Positions 12,999-27,680 of a DNA stretch of 64,000 nt are shown piece after piece; position 1 is the first letter of the stretch, and each line of letters opens with the position of its first letter. The stretch is from Schmidtea polychroa (lineage: Eukaryota), in NCBI GenBank assembly GCA_044892525.1, contig CM097885.1:434001-498000 (forward strand). The letters run 5' to 3'. Under the pieces are notes generated by a model that did no database searches, was not told the origin of the DNA, and worked only from the letters and a program-made list of their open reading frames with translations. A program made the translations under genes and the position numbers.

Positions 12999-14320
12999 TT
13001 CGAAAGGTATATGAGAGGAAAGTTTGATGGTCATACCCTCGAAGGTGTATGGTGGGTCCTTAACCTTCAAAGGGTCAAAAACCTTCGAATTTTTTCAAAC
13101 TTTGTAATATATATATATCATTCGAAAGGTATTTGGGAGGTCTATCTAATGGTCATACCCTCGAATGTATATGGTGGGTCAATAACCTTCAAAGGATGTC
13201 CAAAATTAAATATTTTTCAAACCATATAATATATATATATATATATCATTCAAAAGGACTTTTGATGGTGAGTTCGAAGATCCAAGGGTCGAAGGGTCCA
13301 AGGTTCAAAAATTTTAAAACCTTATAATATACATATCAAACGAAAGGTATTTGAGATGTAAGTATCATGGTCATACTTTCAAAGGTTTATGAATGGTCCT
13401 TAACCTTGTAACCTTCAAAGGGTCCAAAACCTTTAAAAATTATACATATAGATATATACATGTCAAATAAAAGGTAATACAAAGGTGAGTATGATGGTCA
13501 TACCATCAAAGGTCATACCCTCCAAGGGTCCAAGGATCAAATTTTTTAAAACCTTATAATATACATATCAAACAAAAGGTAATTCAAAGGTGAGTTCGAA
13601 GGTCAAAGGGTCGAAGGTTCAAATTTTAGAAACCTTATAATATACATATCAAACAAAAGGTAATTCAAAGATGAGTATGATGGTCCAAGTTTGAAGGTCA
13701 AAGGATCCATGGTTTAAATTTTTCAAACCTTATAATATACATATCAAACAAACGGCAATACAAAAGTACTCATCGATGACTCATTTAATTTTTTTTGAAC
13801 AAAGACAATGACTCATCATTTTTAGAACAAAGACATATGTTTTCAGAACAAAGACAATGGCGCGCCCATGGGATTTATTATTTATTACTATCAATAGTAA
13901 TATTATTATTTATTATTATTATTTTCGAAGATATTTTCAAATTTATTATTAATATTATTATTATGATTATTTATCAAGGTCATTTAAACAAAACCATGAC
14001 TCATCCGCTGAGTCATCAAAGTCGTTCTATTTTTAGTAACAAAGACTACTATTTTTAGTAACACACAGACATCTATTTTTAGTAACATTTTTGATCCGAT
14101 CATTGATCCGATGACTCACCAAGGTTGTTGTATTTTTAGTAACAAAAACATCTATTTTTAGTAACGTTTTGGATCTATTTTTAGTAACATTTGTGAAGTA
14201 CATATGACTCATCATTTCTTAAACAAAGATATTATTATCATTATTATTATTTTCAAAGTTATTTTGAAAATTCTTATTATTACTATTATTATTCTTATTC
14301 TTCTTCTTCTTCTTCTTCTT

Positions 14321-14351
<31 letters not shown>

Positions 14352-14598
14352 TTTGCAAAGTTCTAATTATTATTTTATTTTAGAAGTTTCATTATTATTA
14401 TTTACTTAAATATTCATAAAACTTAATTTCTACGTCAATTTCATGATTTTCAACATTTTCATCATTTGCATGATTATTTTCAAATTTTCACGATTTTCAA
14501 CATTTTCAAATATTTTTCAAAGTATTATTTTCAAAGATTTATTTTCAAATTATTTTCAAAGATTTAATCAAAATTATTATTAATACTATTATTATTAA

Positions 14599-14683
<85 letters not shown>

Positions 14684-17505
14684 ATTATTATTATTATTAT
14701 TTGCGAAGTTCTTATTATTTTATTTTCGATGTTTTATTATTATTTACTTAAATATTCATAAAACACAATTTCTGCATCAATTTACGATTTTCAATATTTG
14801 ATGATTATTTTCAGGAACATTGTCATAATTTTGAACATTTTCATCATTTTCAATATTTTCACGATTTTCAACATTTTCACGATTTTCAACATTTTCATGA
14901 TTATTATTTTTTCATTATTATTTTCAAAGAATTATTTTCAAAGAATTATTATTATTATTTTTTTTTTTATTATTATTATTTTTATTATTATTTGCAAACT
15001 TCTAATTATTATATTAATTTAGAAGTTTCATTATTATTATTTACTTAAATATTCATAAAACTTAATTTCTACGTCAATTACATGATTTTCAGCATTTTCA
15101 TCATTTGCATGAATTTTAACAATTTTCTACATTTTCAATATTTTCACGATTTTCAACATTTTCATGATTATTTCAGGAACTTTTCATCGAATATTTTTCA
15201 AAGTATTATTTTCAAAGAATTATTTTCAAATTATTTTCAAATTTTTTATCAATATTATTATTATTATTATTATTATTTGCAAAGTTCTTATTATTTTATT
15301 TTCGATGTTTTATTATTATTTACTTAAATATTCATAAAACTTAATTTCTGCATCAATTTACGATTTTCAATATTTGATGATTATTTTCAGGAACATTTTC
15401 ATAATGTTTAACGTTTTCATCCTTTTCAATATTTTCATCATTTTCAATATTTTCAGGAACATTTTCATAATTTTCAACGTCTTCATCATTTTCAACATTT
15501 TCATCATTTTCTATATTTTCATGATTTTAACATTTTCATAATTTTCACGATTTTCAATATTTTCATCATTATTTTCTTCAAAATTCTTAGTTTATTTATA
15601 AAATATTATTATTATCATTTTCAAAATTATTTTCAAATTTCTTATTATTTATTTCAAAGTATATTATTATTTTTATTATTATTATTATATATACTCCTAG
15701 TCTACCCGACAAAATATTTTGTCCCCCTATGGGTACTGCTCACACTCAACAGGTTGCAAGGGTACTAGTCATGCTTATTATTATTGTTATACAATATGAT
15801 GTTACTTAGACATTTGAAGGTTCAACCATGGTTACAATTTCTACATTTTGAAAACTCTAATTTGATTGGCTATCTCAATTTTTATAAATGTAAAAACAAA
15901 AGTAATTTAGTTATTAAGAAATTTATTTATTACTGATGATTTCTACAAATAAAACTGTTGAATATGTAAATCACAAAACACATTTGGTAACTTTATTATT
16001 TTGTCAATATTTTTTATATATGTCATTTATAGCAAGGAAGTCCTACTAGAAATAAGGAAAAATTAAGTCCAACCTATTCTGAAGATAAGCGTTCATTGAA
16101 ATTTTTTAACAACACAGTTGAAGATTTTATAAATAATCATGATACTTACAATGATAAGCAAATCATAAATATTTTAAAGATTTTCAAACATTCCTCTATT
16201 CAATATTTGATTGATTTATTTAATTATGATAAATGCATTTTGAAGTTATCTAGTTATTTAATGTATTTAGAAAAAACAGTGGTAAACAACGATTCACTGA
16301 ATGAATACTTTTGGAGTTGTATGTATTTAAGGTTGAAACCGGGATATAGTAGATTGATTTATGAATGGATAGCAAAAGCCGACTTGATTGAAAATAAGCT
16401 AACGGAAAACTGAACGATGTTAAGAAAAGGTATTTAACTTGTTCAATTTGTAAAGAAAATCAAGTTTCGGTTTTGTATTTACCGTGTGGTCACGTAATTG
16501 TTTGTTCTAAGTGTCACGAGAAGAATGTTCGCAATTGTCAAGCCTGTTTAATACTGATTAATGAATATCATACTATATACATGTAAGTTCTCAATACAAA
16601 TAAATACAATATCAAAGTCAAATGAATTATTAACATACATAATGACGGTACTATAATGTAGGAAATTTTCAAACATTGAATAATATGAAATCAGCTTGGT
16701 AATTAATTATATTGGGCGCAACTACCAAATGTTGATGATATGATGAAGGGAATGGTATTTATAATATTATTTTAAGATTATTCAAAATGAAATATAACCA
16801 TGAGTTCATCAAAATGGAAAAAGATCTTCGCAAGAACCATGAAGATGCTGGATGTATTGGTTATTATTTTTTCGGAAATAAATGTTTTAATTTGTTTTTA
16901 TAAATTTATTGTTTTATTGTAATACTTTTTGATTAAAACATATTCATTTTGTTTTAATATTTGTATTAATTTTTTTATATAGTGGTTATTATAAATATTG
17001 AAATTTACAATTATATATACAATTATATTTACAATTATTATAAATCATAATGACTAAATGATGCTTTTCTTCTGTCCATTGATTTTCCTCTGATATTACT
17101 GCTATAATCATCTTCGACAAAATGTAAAGATAATATTTCTAGTGTCTTTGTTAATCATGCCCATTTATTGCAAAGTCTTTGTTAATTATGCATTTGTATT
17201 GCAAATTTATTAGTCATACAATTATATTATTTTTTCATGCCCTGACATAATATTATTATTTTTAATTTTATTATTTTGTTTAACAATACCATATAGCAAA
17301 TTTTTAGGCAATTTGATAAATAGTACATGGTTATTTTAAATATATAGCAATTTCTTAAGTAAAATATATTTCCAGATAAATTTAAAAATTTAGTTAGAAA
17401 TCCATGGTTTTTGGCTGTACCATTTAATTAAAATATTCTTGGATTCATACCATTTCTTTTATATAGTTGATAGTAATACCAATTATCTCAATTATTTAAC
17501 TAGAA
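12648..17505 (+). repeat. Left inverted arm of element 1
   Basis: Reverse complement of 19944-24786. The match ends at ...tttaactagaa (17505). Confidence 0.95.
16096..16586 (+). pseudogene. RING-finger gene, copy 2 (same frameshift)
   Basis: Identical to 4035-4525. Confidence 0.8.
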
Positions 17506-19943
17506 TTGTTAATTTTATCTCTGTGTTATTAAAATTATCGTTCGACTTTACTCTTCTTACCATTTTAGAATAAGATTTTTTATCAAAATTTGTGTTAATT
17601 TGACTGATTCAATTTGATGGAGTTATTGTTAATTCGTTTTATTATATATACTATGAGTTTATCCGACAAGATATTTTCTCCCTCTATGGGTACTGTTCAC
17701 AATTGGTACTGCTCGCAAGGGTACTGGTCGTAAAGGTACTGGTGTGTTTTAATGATTTTATTTAGGCAAATTTTTGGTTATTAATTAGCATTAAATTCAT
17801 TGGTAATTTTTAGAGTTAGCGGGATTTTACTAACATTATTACTAACCTTTTTGTGAATAATTGAAAGAATATTTAAAAATTTAAGGTTTTAGTGTTAATT
17901 CTAAGACAAATTTAATTAATTTCTTGATAATTTACTATATTTTATTGACTTGTTTTTAAATTTAATTTTAAATAAAAATTATTTTTAATGACAGTTAGGT
18001 TAATAATTAGAGTTTTTACAATAATCAAGTGATTATTATTTAATTTTTATGATGACTTTGTAATTATATTGACAAAATAATTCTTTCATATATTTTCTAC
18101 GAATATTGATGAACTTTTAAATATTGAAAATCTAAAGTTGAAACCAGCTAATTTTATCATGATGATATATTTGAAATCTACTTGAAAATTATTGTAAAAT
18201 ATACTGAAATTTGTGATTTTGAAAGATATAATTGCTATAATTGGCTGAATCGATGAAGAATTATGATCAATATATTTCATTTCTAGTTAGGTATTTGATG
18301 GTAAATGTGGTGAAATATTTGTAGAAAATATTGATTTTAGTGATTTTTTAGTGGCTCTTACTACATGAATTTAGATACTAAATTATTTCAATGGAAGGAT
18401 GTCTGTAACAATTAAATAAAATTCATATTTTGAAGAATTTTCTATGGATTTTAAGAGAATTGATATATTAAAGTCGGTTGGATTTAGTGAAGGTTCAGTT
18501 AAGATGGTAATATATGATTTTTAAAGGGGGTATTTAATGGGGTAGAAATATTTAGTGAGGGATCGGTTAAGGCGGAAATGTTTGAAATCTCTATTTAAAT
18601 CGACAATGTTTCTTATTGGTAAAATATCAAAGGGACATAGTCAGTATTTAGCTATGAATTAATAATCGTTCCTGTGAAATTATATCGTTTTATTAGGTTG
18701 TGATGAATGTTATGGCACAGTAATATTAGGTTTTAGAACCAGTTTTTATTAATTATCCACTGTTTTATTAAGTCGTTTAGGGTTAATGATCTATTTACTT
18801 GGTTTTGACAATGAAATATTTGAAATCTTTAGAATTAATTGGGATTGATATCAAAGGTTATTGCTTTAAATTATTTTATTTAAGAAGTTATTTTATTCAT
18901 TGTGGGGATATCTGTGACAAAACTTGAGAAATATTGACTTAAAAGTTGGAAATCTACAACAGCTAAAGAAAATTGATCTTTATTGAAAATATTTTATGAT
19001 TTTAATTAGATTTCTAGAAATTAAATCGGTTGAATATTAAGGGTAAAGGGAAGGAATATTGTTATCGGATGGATAAATCTTTCAATGATATTTTTCTAAA
19101 TTACCTTTGTTAAATATTATTTTAAATGACTAAAAAAGAGAAAATTAACCAATATTCATAAATTGATCGCACAAAATATCCCTGTTTTGGTAAAAGTTAC
19201 TCAAAATCCCTATTTAAAAATGTTAAGCATGTATAAGATATATTACACCCAATGATCATCTCATTAAATTTGAAAAGAATTGTAACCCTATATTTCTAAC
19301 TAATAAGCACCTTAATTGGTAAATTGATAACAAATGATCATGTTTCTATTATGACTCCTTTTGCCTCAAACAAAGATAGAAATTTACTCCAAATGATAAA
19401 GATTTTCTACCAAAATTATCAATGAATATATTAATAACCATGCATTTCTCACGAAGTTATATTAACTATTGTAATGAACATTAGATGAATAAATTACCTA
19501 TGAAATACTAAATATTCATATCTTACCTTTTGCTAAATTTTAAATGACTAAACATGACAACGTTAACCAATAAATTAGACGCTCGAAATGAGAATTCGGT
19601 AAGTTACATTCAAAATATTCAAATTATTCACGAATTTCTGATATCTATGATCATCCATTTCTCACTAAATTACCTAAGAATTTTTAACTAATATACATGT
19701 GCTTTAATTAATATACCCTTGCGACATGTTGAATGTAAGCAGTACCCTTACGACAAATACACATAAGGGAACAAAATATATTGTCGGATAAATTCAGACT
19801 TTATATAAAAACTTACAATATGCTATGGTTTTTATTGAGTAATTTGTTGTATATTGCATTGATACATCAAAATATCAGATAATATTTATAAATTAACTAA
19901 AAAATACACAAAAATACTATATTAACTAAGAATTCAGTTATGT
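17506..19943. other. Central spacer of element 1: decayed coding-like module bounded by convergent palindromic motifs; homologous (inverted) to ~61410-63521
   Basis: Colinear inverted similarity, e.g. ccagtttttattaattatccac (~18740) vs gtggataattaataaaaactgg (~62383). Confidence 0.8.
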
Positions 19944-22173
19944 TTCTAGTTAAATAATTGAGATAATTGGTATTACTATCAACTATATAAAAGAAATGTT
20001 ATGAATCCAAGAATATTTTAATTAAATGGTACAGCCAAAAACCATGGATTTCTAACTAAATTTTTAAATTTATCTGGAAATATATTTTACTTAAGAAATT
20101 GCTATATATTTAAAATAACCATGTACTATTTATCAAATTGCCTAAAAATTTGCTATATGGTATTGTTAAAAAAAAAATAATAAAATTAAAAATAATAATA
20201 TTATGTCAGGGCATGAAAAAATAATATAATTGTATGACTAATAAATTTGCAATACAAATGCATAATTAACAAAGACTTTGCAATAAATGGGCATGATTAA
20301 CAAAGACACTAGAAATATTATCTTTACATTTTGTCGAAGATGATTATAGCAGTAATATCAGAGGAAAATCAATGGACAGAAGAAAAGCATCATTTAGTCA
20401 TTATGATTTATAATAATTGTAAATATAATTGTATATATAATTGTAAATTTCAATATTTATAATAACCACTATATAAAAAAATTAATACAAATATTAAAAC
20501 AAAATGAATATGTTTTAATCAAAAAGTATTACAATAAAACAATAAATTTATAAAAACAAATTAAAACATTTATTTCCGAAAAAATAATAACCAATACATC
20601 CAGCATCTTCATGGTTCTTGCGAAGATCTTTTTCCATTTTGATGAACTCATGGTTATATTTCATTTTGAATAATCTTAAAATAATATTATAAATACCATT
20701 CCCTTCATCATATCATCAACATTTGGTAGTTGCGCCCAATATAATTAATTACCAAGCTGATTTCATATTATTCAATGTTTGAAAATTTCCTACATTATAG
20801 TACCGTCATTATGTATGTTAATAATTCATTTGACTTTGATATTGTATTTATTTGTATTGAGAACTTACATGTATATAGTATGATATTCATTAATCAGTAT
20901 TAAACAGGCTTGACAATTGCGAACATTCTTCTCGTGACACTTAGAACAAACAATTACGTGACCACACGGTAAATACAAAACCGAAACTTGATTTTCTTTA
21001 CAAATTGAACAAGTTAAATACCTTTTCTTAACATCGTTCAGTTTTCCGTTAGCTTATTTTCAATCAAGTCGGCTTTTGCTATCCATTCATAAATCAATCT
21101 ACTATATCCCGGTTTCAACCTTAAATACATACAACTCCAAAAGTATTCATTCAGTGAATCGTTGTTTACCACTGTTTTTTCTAAATACATTAAATAACTA
21201 GATAACTTCAAAATGCATTTATCATAATTAAATAAATCAATCAAATATTGAATAGAGGAATGTTTGAAAATCTTTAAAATATTTATGATTTGCTTATCAT
21301 TGTAAGTATCATGATTATTTATAAAATCTTCAACTGTGTTGTTAAAAAATTTCAATGAACGCTTATCTTCAGAATAGGTTGGACTTAATTTTTCCTTATT
21401 TCTAGTAGGACTTCCTTGCTATAAATGACATATATAAAAAATATTGACAAAATAATAAAGTTACCAAATGTGTTTTGTGATTTACATATTCAACAGTTTT
21501 ATTTGTAGAAATCATCAGTAATAAATAAATTTCTTAATAACTAAATTACTTTTGTTTTTACATTTATAAAAATTGAGATAGCCAATCAAATTAGAGTTTT
21601 CAAAATGTAGAAATTGTAACCATGGTTGAACCTTCAAATGTCTAAGTAACATCATATTGTATAACAATAATAATAAGCATGACTAGTACCCTTGCAACCT
21701 GTTGAGTGTGAGCAGTACCCATAGGGGGACAAAATATTTTGTCGGGTAGACTAGGAGTATATATAATAATAATAATAAAAATAATAATATACTTTGAAAT
21801 AAATAATAAGAAATTTGAAAATAATTTTGAAAATGATAATAATAATATTTTATAAATAAACTAAGAATTTTGAAGAAAATAATGATGAAAATATTGAAAA
21901 TCGTGAAAATTATGAAAATGTTAAAATCATGAAAATATAGAAAATGATGAAAATGTTGAAAATGATGAAGACGTTGAAAATTATGAAAATGTTCCTGAAA
22001 ATATTGAAAATGATGAAAATATTGAAAAGGATGAAAACGTTAAACATTATGAAAATGTTCCTGAAAATAATCATCAAATATTGAAAATCGTAAATTGATG
22101 CAGAAATTAAGTTTTATGAATATTTAAGTAAATAATAATAAAACATCGAAAATAAAATAATAAGAACTTTGCA

Positions 22174-22204
<31 letters not shown>

Positions 22205-22772
22205 TTGATAAAAAATTTGAAAATAATTTGAAAATAATTCTTTGAAAATAATACTTTGAAAAATATTCGATGAAAAGTTCCTGAAATAATCATGAAAATG
22301 TTGAAAATCGTGAAAATATTGAAAATGTAGAAAATTGTTAAAATTCATGCAAATGATGAAAATGCTGAAAATCATGTAATTGACGTAGAAATTAAGTTTT
22401 ATGAATATTTAAGTAAATAATAATAATGAAACTTCTAAATTAATATAATAATTAGAAGTTTGCAAATAATAATAAAAATAATAATAATAAAAAAAAAATA
22501 ATAATAATAATTCTTTGAAAATAATTCTTTGAAAATAATAATGAAAAAATAATAATCATGAAAATGTTGAAAATCGTGAAAATGTTGAAAATCGTGAAAA
22601 TATTGAAAATGATGAAAATGTTCAAAATTATGACAATGTTCCTGAAAATAATCATCAAATATTGAAAATCGTAAATTGATGCAGAAATTGTGTTTTATGA
22701 ATATTTAAGGAAATAATAATAAAACATCGAAAATAAAATAATAAGAACTTCGCAAATAATAATAATAATAAT

Positions 22773-22821
<49 letters not shown>

Positions 22822-23069
22822 TTAATAATAATAGTATTAATAATAATTTTGATTAAATCTTTGAAAATAATTTGAAAATAAATCTTTGAAAATAATACTT
22901 TGAAAAATATTTGAAAATGTTGAAAATCGTGAAAATTTTGAAAATAATCTTGCAAATGATGAAAATGTTGAAAATCATGAAATTGACGTAGAAATTAAGT
23001 TTTATGAATATTTAAGTAAATAATAATAATGAAACTTCTAAAATAAAATAATAATTAGAACTTTGCAAA

Positions 23070-23114
<45 letters not shown>

Positions 23115-24416
23115 GAATAAGAATAAGAATAATAATAGTAATAATAAGAATTTTCAAAATAACTTTGAAAATAATAATAATGATAATAATATCTTTGTTT
23201 AAGAAATGATGAGTCATATGTACTTCACAAATGTTACTAAAAATAGATCCAAAACGTTACTAAAAATAGATGTTTTTGTTACTAAAAATACAACAACCTT
23301 GGTGAGTCATCGGATCAATGATCGGATCAAAAATGTTACTAAAAATAGATGTCTGTGTGTTACTAAAAATAGTAGTCTTTGTTACTAAAAATAGAACGAC
23401 TTTGATGACTCAGCGGATGAGTCATGGTTTTGTTTAAATGACCTTGATAAATAATCATAATAATAATATTAATAATAAATTTGAAAATATCTTCGAAAAT
23501 AATAATAATAAATAATAATATTACTATTGATAGTAATAAATAATAAATCCCATGGGCGCGCCATTGTCTTTGTTCTGAAAACATATGTCTTTGTTCTAAA
23601 AATGATGAGTCATTGTCTTTGTTCAAAAAAAATTAAATGAGTCATCGATGAGTACTTTTGTATTGCCGTTTGTTTGATATGTATATTATAAGGTTTGAAA
23701 AATTTAAACCATGGATCCTTTGACCTTCAAACTTGGACCATCATACTCATCTTTGAATTACCTTTTGTTTGATATGTATATTATAAGGTTTCTAAAATTT
23801 GAACCTTCGACCCTTTGACCTTCGAACTCACCTTTGAATTACCTTTTGTTTGATATGTATATTATAAGGTTTTAAAAAATTTGATCCTTGGACCCTTGGA
23901 GGGTATGACCTTTGATGGTATGACCATCATACTCATCTTTGAATTACCTTTTATTTGACATGTATATATCTATATGTATAATTTTTAAAGGTTTTGGACC
24001 CTTTGAAGGTTTGAAGGTTAAGGACCATTCATAAACCTTTGAAAGTATGACCATGATACTTACATCTCAAATACCTTTCGTTTGATATGTATATTATAAG
24101 GTTTTAAAATTTTTGAACCTTGGACCCTTCGACCCTTGGACCTTCGAACTCACCATCAAAAGTCCTTTTGAATGATATATATATATTATATGGTTTGAAA
24201 AATATTTAATTTTGGACATCCTTTGAAGGTTATTGACCCACCATATACATTCGAGGGTATGACCATTAGATAGACCTCCCAAATACCTTTCGAATGATAT
24301 ATATATATTACAAAGTTTGAAAAAATTCGAAGGTTTTTGACCCTTTGAAGGTTAAGGACCCACCATACACCTTCGAGGGTATGACCATCAAACTTTCCTC
24401 TCATATACCTTTCGAA

Positions 24417-24487
<71 letters not shown>

Positions 24488-24786
24488 GGTTTGAAAACAT
24501 TCGGAGGTTTTTGACCCTTTGAAGGTTAAGGACCCACCATACACATTCGAGGGTATGACCATCAAACTGACCTCTCAAATACCTTTCTAATGATACCCTT
24601 GGGTGAAGGTTTGACCTTATTTGACCTTTGGAAATTTAAATTTGAAATGAGTCACCCTTGATGAGTCATGTGCGATGAGTCATCGCCGGTGAGTCATGCG
24701 CGATGAGTCATGGATGACGTCATTTATGACTCACTGGGGGCGGGGGGTGGGGTAATGATGAGTCATGCAGCGCACTTGTACCTACT
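19944..24786 (-). repeat. Right inverted arm of element 1
   Basis: Mirror ORFs in the track (21038-21355, 23363-23626). Differs from the left arm by a few substitutions and microsatellite lengths. Confidence 0.95.
20865..21355 (-). pseudogene. RING-finger gene, copy 3 (inverted arm)
   Basis: Reverse complement of 16096-16586. Confidence 0.8.
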
Positions 24787-27067
24787 TGTCATCAAAGTAA
24801 CAGCTATAGTGGGATGTGTCGATACTGATCTTCGAGTAGGAGGAGTCACTGTCAGGGTCATAAGATAGTTCAGGTAAACTAGAGCATGATGGAGTATCTT
24901 CTGGGGTGTAGGGAGAGGAGGTATTATTCATGTTATTAGATTTAATATATCTAACCTTTTTAAGGAGTTTTTCATTGGGTCTGATAACCTTAGGATAGGA
25001 AAGATTCGGAATAGGTTTGGAGAAATGTGGCCTACTACATGTGATTTGATTACGGTAGATTGGATTTGGCATTTTAGTATCAGGGAGATGATAGACTATC
25101 GATAGTTGCAGGACTACAGGTAAAATGTTTTTTAGGAAGAGGGTTAGGGTTGGTGCTGGGTTTACTGGGGTGCTTTGGTCTGCTATTATTTTCCTTAGAT
25201 ACTAGGGATTTACTTGTGGTATAATCAGGGTCCACGGTGTCCATAAGAGAGGCATATCTATTATTTGCCATATTATTGATATTAGTTTAAGCTGGGAGAA
25301 TGGGTGAAATCCCGGATGGTGCAATGCCTGCAGGTGATGTAGACCTCTCAGTAATAATGATATTGGTTTCATTTGAGTCAAGACAATTTGTATTATTTTT
25401 GGGTAAGTTTTCTGTATCTACATCAACTGCAGGGGTCGCCTTCTCAAATAATACTGAGGTCAATTGCCGGTAATTAATATATAGTATATAGAACAAATTT
25501 CTAATAATAAAGGAGTTTACTTTTTTATTGTTATTTTTTAATTGGGTATGGATATCTTTAAAGAGGTATTTATTAAGGTTTATTAAAATGGGATTATAGT
25601 GATTAATGAAATACCTATTATTGTGGTAGGGTATAAGCCTCAGATCAAAAGGTGGTTTGTCGCTATTGGACGGTTCAAGGATATCTATCAGTTTACAGTA
25701 ATTGCTATTAAGGTCTTTGAAGAAAGAGATATAGGTAGTTTTTAGCATTTGTGGGTTTGAGGAGTTCATATGGAGAAATTGTTTTTTAATTTCCCTAATG
25801 AAATTGGTTCCGATTTCATTAATGTTATTAAGGTATTCGGGGTCAGAGTTCTTATGAGAGGCTGTAGGGTAATCATTAGTATTAAAATTTTCACTGAAGG
25901 ATACAGACTTATGATGGGCGAGTCGGCCGTAGGCCGGCGAGCTGCGTGTTTTCTCGTGTTCCTTCGAGATAAAGTGTTGAAAAATGAGTGATATTTAAAC
26001 AACGAGACATCTTTGTTTAATATCGATAATTTATTTAAATTAATAAAATTGGATATATTTATAATAATAACATTAACTAGCTCACTAGAAAATCCATTAA
26101 AAGGGACTTCTGTAGAGCTTTTAAAATCTAAAATTAATTTTTTAATAATATATTTAATTTTATTTTTAAAAAATTTATCATATTTATTGTTATTTTGGTA
26201 GACAGAAGTATATTTGTCATTAGATTTATTATTCAAATTATAATTAACATTATTGGATTCATAGTTATCATTATAAGTATATGTATAATTATTATTAATC
26301 GGGTTTTCATTATTTAAGTTAAATTCAAAGCTATTTAAATTACAATTAGAATTAATTAATCTATAGTCATTATCATAAATTAATTTGCTATTCTTATTAT
26401 TTAGATTAGAGATATTGCCACTTAAATTACAATTAGGGTTATTTAATATATAGTTACAATTTAAATTATAATCATCATTAGTTAAATTACTATTCTCATT
26501 AATTAAATTAAAATCGTTGCAATTTACTTTACAATTTGAATAATTCAAGTTATAATCGCTATAGAAATTTTGATTATAATTACCTTTATTTCTATTATTT
26601 ATAATGTGAATCCTACGAGCTGGGCAGAAGGATTTCCACGAGGCATTGAATAGGTCTTTGGGTGTTTCGTCTGTAGTCCTAGCTTCTTTATTTCCATTAT
26701 TAAGAGTGTGAATCCTACGATCAGGGCATAAGGATTTCCACGAGGCTTTAGATAGGTCTTTGGATGTTTCGTCCGTAGTCTCAGCTTCACTGTAAAGAGG
26801 TCTGGCAGGATGGGCATTACTGTTCAGGTCTGAGGAAGCATTCGCATATTTGTTCGAGATCTTCCTAGCAGGACAAAGTCTGCTGTTCATCATTTCACGA
26901 GTGTTCGGTGTCATGGTTTTAGGAGCGTTTCTTCCAAGTCCGTCAGGAGGAGCTGTAGTAGGATTATGGATTCCAGTTCTAGAAGGGAAATTAGATTTTG
27001 TAACATAAGGGTTTTTCTTATCAGTATCTCCAGGATTGGAGCTTCTTCCATCCATAGCTGCTTCATT

Positions 27068-27149
27068 GGTGTAGACGGCCGATTTCTGCCCAGTGCTATT
27101 AATGATATATAGCAGTATTTCTGCTAAGCACTGGGTAACGGCGGGTAAC
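27068..27149 (+). other. Degenerate 28S rRNA H68-H69-like segment (antisense to the retroelement)
   Basis: ggtgtagacg..gatttctgcccagtgct...aagcactgggtaacggcgggtaac resembles canonical LSU GGTGTTGACG..GATTTCTGCCCAGTGCT...AAGCGCGGGTAAACGGCGGGAGTAAC (recalled sequence). Confidence 0.8.
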
Positions 27150-27199
27150 AAGTAATTGAAAGGATTTAGATTTTGAAGATGCATTATAAAAATTTTTTC

Positions 27200-27256
27200 T
27201 GCTATGAATGTTATATAGGAGTGATTCTCTTAAGCACTGGGAAACGGCTGGAGTAA
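27200..27256 (+). other. Second, partial 28S-like segment
   Basis: tgctatgaatgt...attc...aagcactgggaaacggctggagtaa. Confidence 0.7.
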
Positions 27257-27317
27257 TCTTGTGACAATTTAAATAATTAGTGTACATTAAAGAAAAATTT
27301 TTGAGGTAAAAAGGGGT

Positions 27318-27680
27318 GCAGTTAAGGCTAGAGATTATCAAGATTAGTATTTGATGAGGCACTGCTCGATAGTTGGACATCATCGCAGTCTTCATCATCA
27401 AGATCACAGGTATTAGTTTTATTGGTAGGAGGGTTTAAGTAAAAAGGAGTATTATTATCCATAGTGTCCGACGAAGCTTTAAGGACTGGAGTGATAGGAG
27501 TTGTAGCTGGACTCCTTCTCCTGGTAGTATTCCTCACTATATCTGCGTATGTTTTTGATGTAGCTTCCTTTGCATTCATTCTGTTTATTTCGTCTAAGTA
27601 CCTAGGATATAGATAAATATTGGAACTGGGGCATAATTTATTCATAATCCGAAGGCTTCAATGGTTATACGTCAGCTGCT
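27318..27680 (-). mobile_element. Short internally deleted retroelement fragment (family A-type 5' ORF1 piece joined to 3'UTR word agccttaactgc)
   Basis: ORF MNKLCPSSNIYLYPRYLDEIN.. is near-identical to ~35050-35397 and ~36810-37060. Confidence 0.7.

Larger units (their letters stand above)
12648..24786. mobile_element. Non-autonomous Polinton/Maverick-like element 1, 12,139 bp, ~4.85-kb terminal inverted arms, 6-bp TSD tgtcat
   Basis: tgtcat(12642-47)|AGTAGGTAC...GTACCTACT|tgtcat(24787-92). Removing the element restores the retroelement frame SCYFDD-TIESPMSD. AG..CT termini and a 6-bp TSD are Polinton hallmarks. No PolB, integrase or capsid was seen. Confidence 0.88.
24787..27317 (-). mobile_element. 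Family B copy 1, 5' portion (28S-like leader, Asn-rich ORF pieces)
   Basis: ORF 25766-27184 shares DGRSSNPGD and KNKIKYIIKK..STEVPFNGFSSELVN with the copy at 41957-43600. The frame joins 12647 across the TSD. Confidence 0.8.

Noticed and set aside
21720..21762. Helitron 3' end (hairpin followed by CTAG) for the palindromic motif
   Set aside because: CTAG is followed by G rather than T and is missing in several copies; no Rep/helicase is present.
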